64,000 nt of DNA. Source: Bugula neritina. Taxonomy: Eukaryota; Animalia; Bryozoa. Below, in pieces: positions 51,202-64,000 of the stretch (within the stretch, counting starts at the first letter, position 1; the number at the start of each line of letters is the position of its first letter). Under the pieces are notes generated by a model that searched no databases, had not been told where the DNA came from, and worked only from the letters and a program-made list of their open reading frames with translations. Location of the stretch: assembly GCA_964035545.1 (NCBI GenBank), contig OZ037766.1:8174722-8238721 (forward strand). The letters run 5' to 3'. A program made the position numbers and the translations under genes.

Positions 51202-54200
51202 TTAGTTTTCCAATTCATCCAGAACTTTGGGAGTTGATGTTCCTTTTAAAAATGTAGTTTGCGATTTCCGCCTGCTTCTACTTAATGATTTTTCATCTTT
51301 ATGCCGAAGTTTATTAAGACTTGGGTCAGTTTGATCTTTCATATTTTTGAGAAATTCTTTTTCTGTCAATTTGAGATCTGATATATAATCAGGAGTATTA
51401 CTGAGAGCAGGTAAAAGTCCATTTCTAGGACTAATACTATCAATGCTACTAGAGGATGTGCTACTTTTCTCTGACGAGCGTATCCCCTTCTTTTTGTCTC
51501 TTTTTCGTTGACGCTTACGCATTTTTCGCCTTCTTGCCCTTTCTCTTTCTTTCCGTAGTTGTTCTCGTTTTCTTTGTTTCTTGCTAAGTTTTTCTGAGGC
51601 ACTATTTTGATCTTCCATGTCAAGATCGTAGTTTTTGCTTACACAATCTAAAAATAGACTTTCGTATCCCACCGACTGTGATATTATGTCAGAATAACGC
51701 TCTTGCTCACACAACTCTTGAGTTTGCTCCATTAGAATAACAGCAATAGAGTCTGTATTGATAGCTACCTCTTCGCATCTGGGTCCTTGTCTATCAGATG
51801 GACACCTAAAACAACCAAGCCAAAACAACATGAGATTTTGCAACTTCATACAGCATACGTTAGAAATACTAAAATAGTTGAAAGCTACTCCAATTAGTTG
51901 CATCAACCTATTATTCTTGACTAAAATAGTAAAGCCCTAAAGACCGATGCAAATGTGTTCGGAGTTTGCTAGAACTTTTTTTTAGTATAATGGGTATATT
52001 AATAAACTTATGGATGCTCTTAGGGGAAGGTTATAAAGGTGCTTGTTTACACCAGTTGCTGCAAGCTTGCATTTAAAGAGAGATAACTCCTATGACTGAA
52101 GAATTTGCAGTTCTCACAAAATTCATTTTTTAATGCTCAATAATTAATAATGCCGACAGTTAACAAACTGAAAACTGGCAGCATTTTTAGAAGCATTGGC
52201 AGTAATTACATATGAAATATCAGCAATCATTAGTGTCAGTTCTATAGTGCCTCAAACACTGAGCCACTGCATTAGTCGGTCAGCCATCCACAAAACTTAT
52301 TATAAAACCATCAGAGAGTCTTTAAAAGACAAATGAATTTTAGAAATTGGTTTCTGAAACTGCGAAATTTGTCTTTTAATATTAATTGATCTTTTTAATT
52401 TGTAAACTTTTAGCTACTGCCAACAAATTATAACGGTTGCAACAAAAAATAGTATTTCTACATATTTTTTATGTTATTCTTTTATTATTCAACAGCCTGA
52501 GTATAATAACTATGGAGCTAGCAACATAGACAGGTCAGCAAATAGTAGTCAAAACTCAAATTTATTTTTGTAAATAAACAGCCACTTAAAATGAAGATCA
52601 AAAAGATAAAACAGTTTTCTATAAAATTCTCAGTACCAAGCCCTATTAGTGTGCCAATCTTGTAGCAACTGCCAGCACACATGATTCAGTTGTTTTACTA
52701 TAAAATAGCAAAGAAGACTGAGAAGGTAAGACAAGATATCTTGTTTTGATATTACAATCACATTCTAGGAGTGTTTTACTATTATTTCTTCATCACAATG
52801 TGTTTCAAATATCAGTAATTAGTGTCTCAGGCCGCAATGTTTTGTACTGGTTGTATTAAAAGAAAAAAGGGGGTGATGATCCATGAGTACTCTAACCTTC
52901 TCGTGTGTCACACAGTAAGACAAGTAAACGAGTTCCGTACAATTAATGTGTTTACAAGCAATATATAATATCATGTAAAGAGCTAATCCACAGCCATGTC
53001 TTGAAATACTAGTATATAGACCTATCTTTGCAACCCAAAGTTTTACGCCTGTGACTTTAAGAAATAAATGCTTAGTCTTTAACCTTCTGTCATCTGGCAA
53101 TCAAAACAGTACCACCAGCTAGGATATTTTTTATAATATTGTAATATTATAACATTTATATGTAATAGCGTTGCGTTAATTGATGCGATTACTGCAACAA
53201 TGTTGCTGTCATCTATTATATAATGTTTTGTGGTGTGAGTTTTCAACCATAACAAGTTCCTGTTTAATGTTGCATATCAAAAATCTATGTAAATCTGTTT
53301 ATATATATATATTTTATTTTTAAATTTTGCTGTCTTTCATGAGTTCATTAGGTTCGTTTTTTAGACAGGAAAAACTTTTCAAATAATTAGTTTGGCTTTT
53401 ATGGAAGTACAAACAGCTCATATGATGAGTTTTTGCAAAAAATATTGGAAGTCTTTTTTGTAAGAATGCAGCCTAACAAAAATGAGATTATACAAATAAT
53501 TAAAATACTAGGTTTTATGATGATTGATGCTAAATAATAATTTTAGGCAACCAAACAATTTATAAAATACTAGGTAATGAAATAGTTTAACTGAGCGTGT
53601 CATAAAAGTCAACTTCACCAATTTTGAATAACATCTATTTTTCTTTGTCTATAAAGCATAGTTACAAGCTTATAGAAAATTTTAAAAATTCTATTTGCCT
53701 CTTCGTGTTAAGAATGTTTTTAATTTATAGTCGGCCCTACATCTCGGTCTTGAAAATAAAGACACTCCAAATAATGAATTATGTACCAATAAAATAGTTG
53801 GAAGTTGTCTACTACCTTGATGTTTCAGATAGCTCCCTAGTGTCCACCATTTAAGATAATAAAGAATTTAAATTGGTACTATGTCAATAATAGCATATCC
53901 ACTTTAGCATTTCCACAACTATTTAAATACATACCAATTGAGATATGAAAGACATGAGGGCCTTTATAATTTAGAGATGTGCAATAATGATTATTAATAA
54001 GACTATGTTTTACTGTGGGAGTTTGTGTTGAAGTGGCATATGAAACGTCAGATAATAGTAGGCCGGTCTGTAATTCATAATATTTAGCTTGGCTAAAAGT
54101 TCAGTTTTAAAATTGAACTCATACAGCTACACAGAAAAGGTCTATTTACACTCAAATTCGAATATTGCAGTAATAATATTCCTATTATAATATTAGTCTG

Positions 54201-57200
54201 ATGAATAGGCCTTCAAAAGCTTGCTATTGAGGATGCCTTAATATATTGGAATATCTTAAAATTCAGCAATAAGGTTCACAACCTAAGGGATTCATTTAAG
54301 AGATAATTCTTAGAAAGAGGTGTATTGTGGTAAAATTTAGTATATGAAATATTTGTATACACAGTCTGCACTCAACAAAAGAAGATGCCAACGGCTTTTG
54401 AATTTTAAGTTAGCAACTCAGTTAATGTAGAGCAATAGTTTTACTCACTCCAGAACTTACAAAACAGCTAACAATCTTTCAAATATTTGCAACTAAATTT
54501 TTCTATAATATTAGTTAAAAAATTAGTAAACTTTTCTTCAACTTTTGTTATATGCCAGCCAGTTGATTCAAATATTAATTCAATCTGAAAACTGTAGAGA
54601 ATTTAGCAATTTTTTGACCAAAGATTGCTGCCACTGCCCCACTTATTTGCTATCTTAAGTGAAGTTCTCAACCTATTCATAGCAAATCTCAGGTTCAATA
54701 GCCTAAGGTAATCTAATTTTAATTACAAGAAAGAGGACAATCTGCAATCTGGATTAATTTTATTATTTTTCAATAATTACAAAGCAAGTATACTATTTTA
54801 CAACTATTGAAGTATCTAAAAGTTTCTAATAAATAATAAGACAAATCCTAAAATATACGATGGGGGGAGGGGGGAGGGGGGGGGAGGGGGGTTTGTGCTG
54901 TATTAATTACAGTAGTATAGGTATTTAATAACAAAATGTGTAATTATAATTACCTGCAGATTATGAAAGTGTGATAATGACTGGTGACTAAAGCGGCACA
55001 AGTTCCAGCTAGGCAACCTTGCTGTTGCTTCTCCTTTTCAGTACATTCTCGTTGACCCAACTTTTCTACATGAAAAATAATACATTATATATATTATTTT
55101 ATATTAGAAAGTAAAATGTGTCATCACATCTATGATAGCTTATTTTACATACTAGAATGTTTTATTTAAAATATCATAGTGGTTGTATTCATTTGAGAAA
55201 TTAGGCTAAAACTAGAGCTTAGCCATTGTTCAGCAAATATTTTAAATGTCAAGGTTGCATATTATTATGGAAAAGAGAATCATATATACTACAATATTAT
55301 ATTATATGTCACAATATATTATATGCTACTATATATCATAGAAAAGGTTCGCTGCTATTATATATTAAAATGGTGCATCAATAACAAAAAGGAAAAAACA
55401 CGCTGCAGTCAAATTCCGTTGATGAAAGTGAAACATATTTTGAGGCAGATGTTATCAAGGCCAATAAGTTGAAGTAAAAGCTTAATCAATCAATAATTGG
55501 ATAATTGTAATCTTTTTGTACAGCTAATTTTAGTTGTTTAACCCCATTATATTCTATATGACTATACAACGCTTGTGGTTTTGTTTTGTCTAAATATTAC
55601 AATTCAGAGACTTGTGGAGAACAAAGTCGGACAATGGAAACAGGCACTCAGTCCAACGTTGAACACAGCGCACAAGTATCCTGAGAAATCTAGAAACTGG
55701 TGAGATTTTCCTATCAAGTACTTGCAAGTAGTGCAGCATAGCGCCCAGTATGAAACTTACAACACTGTCTTTTTCAGCTCTAGGTGTAACAACAACATAT
55801 CCAATTGCCCCGAGGTGTGTTTCAGTGTAAACTTTATACTCAACCTTGTTAAAATATTGCATAAACTAGACAAATGATCAGCTGTCTAATGAATAAGTGT
55901 ACGCCCATTTCTGTCTTCTATCATTTTCAGTTCTCTTGAGTGGGAAATGAAAACATTGAAGCTCAATTATGTCTTCAGTTTATCGCATAGCCAAAAAGTG
56001 ACATGAGAAATTGCAAGAGATAAGAATGCTGCGATTAAATTTGATAAGTATTGCTATTTTAGATGCGATGGGATGATCAACATCGTAAAGCTGGGATTAT
56101 ACCATTGGCTGTGTTATAACATCATACGGTATAAATATAAAATGCATTTACAGGCAAAATTGCATTTAAATGGGGGAAATAAAAAGATTATAGTAGTTCA
56201 AAGCAATAGCTTGATTGTTAATGAGGTCAAACAATAGGCTGCCGCTGCTGCAGTATGTCAAACTCATAAACATTTACAGAGCATAGTAAATGACAATTCA
56301 TCACTAAAATTTCAAAGGCAAAATAACAGCCATAGAAGATTACAGTACTGCAGGTCTATCACAATATGAGAATGAGGCTGGGCAAACAGCAGCCGTTTAA
56401 AGTAGTTCGAAAGGCATGCATGTATAGAGAGAACTCTGATTTGAAATATACACAGCTAAAAATAGCTTCAAGAGCAGAAAATAGTCAACTGATTTCATTT
56501 CAGATTTAATCATTCAGTTTGTAAAACTCAACTTAAAAACATATTCAAATTTCAAAGCTAAAGGAATTGTTTTCTTTTTGCCTTGAAAAGGTGTTCTTTC
56601 CATTAGTTGAAGTTCTACAACATTGGAAGGTTCTACCTCACAGCTTTAGCTGCGAAATTCATTGATCCCCTTTTTAGCAGTATTGTATCATTTACATATT
56701 CGCTGTAGAATATTTCCCCAACTTGTTAGATTTATTGTCTACTTTGGAATAGAAACTTATTAATTTGATAAGTTTGTTACAAGCATATCTTTGTTATTTT
56801 GTAGTTAGCTGTTTTGTGCATATTATTTAGTTTAAAAAAAGATTATGGAGAGAAGTGAAAATAATCACTTTTTTAATTTATCTGATGGTTTAAATAGTTT
56901 CCCACATAGTAACAGTATATCGGGCAATGATGACACAACATACAACTAAGAATGATCAATTATTAGCCTTGGCACCTTAAACTAATACTTTCTCCTCCAG
57001 CAGGCTTATATAAAAATGTTCCTTACTTCTAACCTCACTAATATTTGAAAATTTTGAGGCTAAAAAGTTTATATTTATTTTGAAAAAATTGAAACCGTAA
57101 ATCAACAGTTGGTGCATGAAGGTTTGAAATTCATTAAAAATTGGTAGTAAACATTAGCATTCCAATTTCCACAGCATTGCTATAATAATATCTCCTTTTT

Positions 57201-59908
57201 CTTGATAGACACAGCTGCTAGGTGCAAAGTTGTAATTATTCTATCTATTCAGCATTCTAGTTTCAAGAGTGCTGTTGAATTTTGTTTTGCTTAGCCTTGT
57301 AGACAAGTACTTTTTTATGCCGAACATTTTTACCAGAACTAAGTACTAAACTGCAACAACTAAAACTACGATGAAATAATATAATGAGGTGCAGTGAAAT
57401 AGTATCGAAAAGGACAGAAAAGTTGGCCTAACTGCTGTTTCCATGGGCTACCTCATACTGGGGTTGCCACAGATAAAAACTAAAGCCAACAGACTAGGTA
57501 TTTGATAATGTGCTCCAATGGTTCGTAGAAACCACTTAATGCATTTCTTATCACACCTCCAAATTATATTCTATTGCGAATCAATTTTGTGTCACTTTAA
57601 ATTTGCAGTAGAACTGATTAGTAAGGAGCTGATCTGGGGTAGGAAAGTTGCCTTAGTGATTCAATGTTGTGAGGTAACTACGACCAGAACTGAAATCAAT
57701 TACGTGATCAAATGTTTACTGGTTTGAGGGAAACTGAGTGCTGGCCACCAGTAGTTTGGTGCAGTCATCATCGCTGACTGCATTTTATTGTTATTGGGCA
57801 TACCTTAGCTGTTGTAATGAGTGAGCATCCCCAGGTTTGATTTCATGCTATCTCTTAGATAAAACATAAAGGAGATACATAGTTAACTGCAGTGTGTTTG
57901 TTGTTTTCCTTGGTATGAGTCAATGAACAACAAGAATTGAAGTATACATTTTCCAACTATTGTTTAGAAGATTAATTAATAAGTTGCAAAAAACCATTCA
58001 CACCTGAGTGCCATCTCAGTACAGTTCCACTATTTCTATATTGAACGATATTGCTTCTGAAACCATTATACTTATTGTATAGATTGTTTAGTAGACGAGT
58101 TAAAGCAAATATGAATTGATAACTTTGTCGGTTGTGGTACACAAATCTAATGAAGTTACAATGGATATGGGGCAGACAAGATAGGGGGCTGAGGTATATG
58201 GTGCAGTCTGTTTCTCAAATAAAGTATTACAATATAAGATTGGCACCTTCCATTAAATCCATTAACAGTTGCAATTACAATTATTAGCCATCGTATAGAA
58301 GTATAAGGACTCTTTCACCCTATAGATTGACAACAGGCTAGGATACAAAAAATCAATCTAATTGTTCTAGAAAAGATGTGTCACATAGAAGTCTTGGTGA
58401 TCAGCATATTGTACTTGCCTATTGTAGTGGTAAAAACACCAGCTAATTGCTTCTTATCAAGAAAAGTAACAAAACCATACACTTAAAACCATCTGCATGG
58501 TTTTTAAATAATCTACAGCAGTATAAACCCCAGTTTATTTTCTGCTCTTGTATAATTATTGGTATAGACGCTACTTGTAATCTCACTAATTATGACATGT
58601 TCAATTTCTCGTCTGAGTATTGTATATATAGTTGAGATCAAAAGTCACATATTTGTAAGCTGTTGCAAAGGACAAATGTATGAAATTTTAACTTTCGCTA
58701 TAGTTTACAGTAGCAATTACAGTCTAATAAGTTATTGACACATTATATAATTTACAGCAGTGCTATATTATGATATGGTAATTTTGCCTTTGCATATACA
58801 CTTTTGTATACTACAAGAATCGGCATATTAGATTATAGTATGCTAGCAGTATTACCAAGCATATATTTACATCTACAGAGATATGTTCCAGATACTTAAT
58901 GAAAATGTTGATTAGCTTTTAGAGCTGTAGATATCAAAGTGTTTTTATGATGTGCAAAATTATAAGATTTTAAGGGCCGAAAATGTTTTAATTCAACTCC
59001 ACGCGCGGTAGCCGATGAATGTAAACATAAAGCTAGCACTGCACAGCTTCTTATCTTGGGATGGTCGTGCATATGTTTGCTTGCAATCTCTCTGATCCCC
59101 ATAACCGCTGTGGGCAGAATAGCATTGTCATTTTTGAAATTGAACCAAGAAAATAGTAAATTCAATCATCAGTGTCTCAATAGCACAGCTTTCAGTACAT
59201 TGCTGCTACCCCACCCTTAGATACCGCAAATAGTTTGAACATATAAACTATTTTATAATGATTGCTGCCAACAGCTGTTGTGTTGTAATGCAGGACATCT
59301 ATTATATATTTTACTCTTGAATTTATAATCTACCATACATGTGTTACAGTGAATAATCCGTTAATTACCAATAGCAGCTAATATTTTCTATTTTTAATTA
59401 TTGGCCTTGTTGCTTGATAAAAACAGAGAGAGGGCGTGACAATTTTGTTAATAAAGAAGAAATAGAAACTTTGCCCTAGAAAAAGTTATTACCTAATTGG
59501 ATAATTTGCCAGACGCCCCACATGCAAGGTCAACAATAGAAGGTGTGGCTGTTTTCAAGACGAGCTACACCAGCAAGCAGGTAAGGTTACCTACCAGTAC
59601 AAGCTGCTGACTACGTTGCAACATGATTTTCATCAGTAAATTCAATAGTAATTACTTTATGATAAACTCTGATCGGTATATAATATTGTTCTCTTACCTT
59701 TCAAAGAGCTGTTGCCCTGAACATCTTTTGCAGTTCCATTTTTCTCTACATTCTGTTGATCTTTTATAGAGCCAAGAGAAGCTGCGTTGCAACCCTGGCT
59801 AATCGTCAATACAATGTTGCTGGTAATGTATATCAACATTACTATTCTACTAATATTTAGGGCTTTATCTGCTCCTGAATTATCGTCAAAAGTAGAAATT
59901 AACCTCAT
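51202..59908 (-). CDS. EGFR-ligand-like single-EGF-domain protein, ~308 aa, probably secreted, with a basic C-terminal tail
   Basis: Exons 59908-59698 (phase 1), 55065-54954 (phase 2), 51805-51202 join in frame. EGF: CTEKEKQQQGCLAGTCAALVTSHYHTFIIC|RCPSDRQGPRCE (C-x9-C-x4-C-x13-C-x-C-x8-C, terminal GxRC). Hydrophobic N-terminal segment IVMLIYITSNIVLTISQGCNAA. Confidence 0.8.
54862..54890 (+). repeat. G-run tract with G-quadruplex potential in the EGF-gene intron
   Basis: Four runs of 5 or more G separated by single A. Confidence 0.6.
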
Positions 59909-62900
59909 GCTAAACAGTAATCAGCTGATGTAGGCCAGTAGCTGCATGGAGAATCATGAGAGGGACATCTATCAGAAAAAGCTAACCTTTAACGATAGCA
60001 AGCCGTACCGCACTGTCGTCTTTTCTAAAATAGCAAATAGTACGGAAGTTCTTCTGGCCAATAAAATAATCCTTCCTGTTAATCCATGTTGGGCCGGCCA
60101 GAAATGAAGCTCAAAAACAATTTATTTGTAAACAGAGGCAAAATGGAAAGTTGATCAGCAGTATTGATTGTAGTGAGTAGTAATCCCAGCTGAGTGCAGA
60201 TACATTCATCAAGTAGAGAATCGGCTCTGGAAAACAATATTCATTAATAATATAGATTAATGCTAATTGCTCCTACTTCATGTTGGTCTCCAAGTTTTTA
60301 TGATATTGACATTACTTGCAGAATATGCCCACGGTTTAACCTAGTAATTGGATGCAGGAATTAGAGTAGTATGCATGCAAATTAGCCCAAAAATTATGCA
60401 TGGAAAATAATACATTTGTATCAAAATTTGAACATACAATTCTACCCATCAGTGATGTGATTGGATTATTTTTGTACTGCAATCATGCCATTTTATTTTT
60501 TCATAATTTACAAAAACTAAAATATGTAGAATAATATCTTTCACTATTGAAACAAGAATGCACTATTTCTTTTTTTTTAATTGAAGGATTTTCACTGCTA
60601 ACTTAATAATAATGAAACTTATTACATTGTAATTAAAAGATGGTTGCTACTAAAAGTAGTTATAAGTAAACATGGCAACCAAAGTGAAATCACTGGGATG
60701 AAATATTTGGCAAGGAATGTAATATATTAATTAACTTCTAAGAGCAAACTTTTGTCTATGTAATTGAATATTTTCAAACAAAGATGATGTGCCGCTATCT
60801 TTCTTTTATCATTTATGTGCCCTCCTAAACTGTGTACTATAATGGGCTCTAAACTTAGCCTGTGACAAAGACGTTCAAGGATAATATGAGTAATCTCGAA
60901 GCTGCACTACGCCCTTATTTGATATTGATAGAACTAATAAACACCGAACTTAGACGAAATTGCGTGGGATGCATAAGCACATGGAACACAAATAGATTAG
61001 AGGGCAGTTTACAGCAAGAACTATCTTTTAAGAAACCTAATTTAAAACGCTATTCTATAAATTTATCCCAGCTTTAAGAATCCAACTAATTTATCAAATT
61101 GCACCAGTCAAAATTTAATTGACACTAAAATTAATTTGTAAAAATACAGCCTATAAACTTAGGGAAACAAAAATATATAGATGAATTACCTTGAATGTTA
61201 ACTGTTGACTAAAATATTCGAATGGTACAAAATTCTTGTTTACCCAAATCTATGTTACAGGTACAGGTAAATATTACAGTTACTTGTGCTATCAATACTC
61301 TAGCTGCTAGGCATGTAAATGTCAAACCATGTTATGTGCAAGCTAAGCATCTAGGTATCCTTCAACCTCAATATAATTGGCCTATGAGTAGACTCAAATC
61401 AATACCCATTGGCTGGTTGAAATGTGAATGATAGGTTTATAGCCAAGTGTCTAGATTTACTGTACATTCAAGTATAATAGTTCCAGCATTATAATATAAA
61501 TATTTGGCTGTCCAAATGAAGAAACTGTGTAGATGTTATGCGACTTAAATGCAATTTGTTATCATCTTATTGCTGACTGCATTTGAATTTTCAACTGTAC
61601 TTTGTATTATGAATAAAACACGGATACATTGGTACTATAAAATTACAAAATAATATGATGGTTATAGAAGGTAATAAAAATTTTAGAGCCAGTTCCACGA
61701 CCTTTTGCAACTCTGCTTTTCTGTAGGCAGCAGCCCTCCCCCCATACTAAGCAATTGCACTTGCCTTTTAGCAGCCATAGCTTTGCAGTGGCTTATGTAC
61801 ATGAAATGATGTTGAGTATTTACATTATAATTGCACAGAATTTGCTGTACAACAGATATAGGGGAGTTACATCTCTGTGTTCTGACACCTTGACCAAGTT
61901 ACACAAATATTTTATGTTATAAACAATGTAGAGAAATGTAGGTGTAATCAAAATTACTAATGTGCTTACAGCTTATTGTTTCTACATCAAAAATGAAGCT
62001 CGGACAAATACAAAATGCAAAAGATGGCTATAAGCCACCATTTGCTTTTATGTAGTAATTTCAAGTAGTAAAAAAGTTATGCTTACTAATTTAACTCACA
62101 AGGCAAACCCAGCTAAATTTTCCATACTAAGCATTATGCGCAAGTTTATGTTCTTAATTGACTAAAACGGTTAGTAATAAAAAGAGCAGCTACTCAAGCA
62201 TTGAAAACAAACAATTGTATTATATAAAACGTATTGTTTTGCAATTTTCACAGCCATCAATGAGGGACATATTCCAGATATTGGGCTCTGGAGTCAACAT
62301 GGAGTATAAAGTTTGATAAAGTTGCCCCAAGATAGCTCTAAGATCTATAATTTGAGGATAGTTACAGTTTATAGCTGCTATTAATATGGAGGATAGTATA
62401 TAGAAATACTCAACCGGAAAATAGGTAGCATTCCCATGTTCAGCAAAACAAGGTAAATGCATAGCTTTGTCTGCATTATTCAACTAACATTTTTGCTTAA
62501 TAAATAATCAGATTTTTAGTTCAACTAAGGCATAGTATGATACAATAGAAATAAGGTAAATGTAAACAAAATGAACAAAAATCAAAGCTGAAAACTGTAT
62601 AAAAACAATTGTCACATTGATAGAAATTTGAGACATCAAAACATTACGAGGCCAGATCAATGTCTGAAATGATGTTGACAATATTATAGCTACCATTAAT
62701 ATGAAACAATCAAATAAAATAGCAGAATGTGTATGTAAAGCAAAAACACCATGTGTATCGATTGCAAGCCTGTTTATTGAGCATTCTAAGAAAACTATTA
62801 TATAAAAAAGTACAAATTTAAAATTTTTAAACGCCAAGTTATAAGAATGGTAAAAAATGATATAAAATCAATAGAGCTCATATGATTAAAATCAAAGTTA

Positions 62901-64000
62901 GCAACAAAATCAGCACCTCATAGAATTAATTAAGTAAATAATATATTAGATAATCCCTTATAGCACAAAAGCTAAAGATAATTTGACTAGATTTATACTA
63001 TGGATATTATTAACAATATGATTGGAGTTCACAGCTAAGCCTACAAGCGTTCAAGGGTAGGAATACAAATCAGTTGTGCAACTGGCGAGCAATTTTCTCA
63101 ACTTGACATTCTTCAGCTAATCCATCCTAATAAAAATAAAAAGTAAATATAGAGATCTATTTTAGGAAGTGTGTAAAGAAATTAAACTTAATTTTAATTT
63201 TTTACCGGTTAATCTCACAAATATTATTAAATGCGATGCATTCAACAGAAAAACAATTAATGTGTTAGGGGTGAATGAAATACATGTGATATATGACTAT
63301 ATGATATTGAAAAATGCAGTTCAACCAAGTACTGAAAAAAGGTCAAGTGTTTGACTTTATCTGGGGGGGGGGGTTTATACCATATTCTGTAAAGCAAATC
63401 ATTATTCTTTTCTGTTTGATCCTAATTGACTTTCAGTCCCAAAGCAGGAGACTCTGCAGTCTTAATAAATATACATCTCTTGTTTGTGCATCTAATTTAG
63501 ACGTAATAGTAAGCAGACTTGGTATAAATGTCTTAAGCTTTCTAGAATCATAGCTGAACTGATATTGATAATGTTACTCTGATACTACTTAATATTGTCT
63601 CTAGGCATATCATGAGAACTACAGCAGTTCTCAGTCTGAGCTCGGCAGCACTGACAGCAAGTCTAAGTCAGCAAACGGACCTGCAAATCACCTGAAGTTC
63701 AATTTTCACTTGAACTGTCAATCAAATAACACGTCACTGTTCAGAATAGTAACTACTTATTTTCATTTTAGCAACATTGACTATCCTTGTAATTTTAATG
63801 ATGAGAAGCCATTGAAAGCACATACCAATCTAACCTTCATACAGCTTCTTTGGCATAAGATTAGCAACTGTACAATCACTAAATGTCGCAGGTGAAATAT
63901 TTTGACCTGCACATCTTTTACATGACACGACCAGAAATGGATCCCAAGACTTGCTTGACAAGCCCTATAGCTATATGTACAAAAATAGTTAAGGGAACTT

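Noticed and set aside
61354-61363. GTATCCTTC resembling a U12-type donor
   Set aside because: No associated exon or U12 branch point found.
62220-63895. Possible exons near the window end (62220-62483 minus; open frame 63605-63891 plus)
   Set aside because: Could not be joined into a consistent model and contain no recognisable motif; may belong to a gene outside the window.

Overview
AT-rich, intron-rich animal (probably invertebrate) genomic DNA, so most short ORFs in the supplied track are exon fragments or noise. By joining GT-AG exons with consistent phases I reconstruct seven genes. (1) The 3' part of an uncharacterised coiled-coil gene (+, to 5180). (2,3) A tandem pair of SRSF3/SRSF7-type splicing-factor genes (+, 7941-10427 and ~12033-14475). 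(4) A 29-exon BAIAP3/Munc13-4-like C2-MUN-C2 gene (-, 15688-34550). (5) A 6-exon, 173-aa gene I do not recognise, absent from the ORF track (+, 37233-39382). (6) A TIF1-family (TRIM24/33, bonus-like) RING-Bbox-CC-PHD-bromo gene (-, 40868-48872). (7) A 3-exon EGFR-ligand-like gene with no transmembrane segment (-, 51202-59908). The most interesting region is the SR pair. Copy A is a canonical RRM/Zn-knuckle/RS protein. Copy B keeps an alignable but ligand-dead knuckle remnant, has gained RGG/GY repeats, has a short RS tail and has no in-frame AUG (candidate AUU start). Both copies carry a candidate poison exon in the homologous intron. Gene models are hand-built from sequence alone, with no expression data or database searches.
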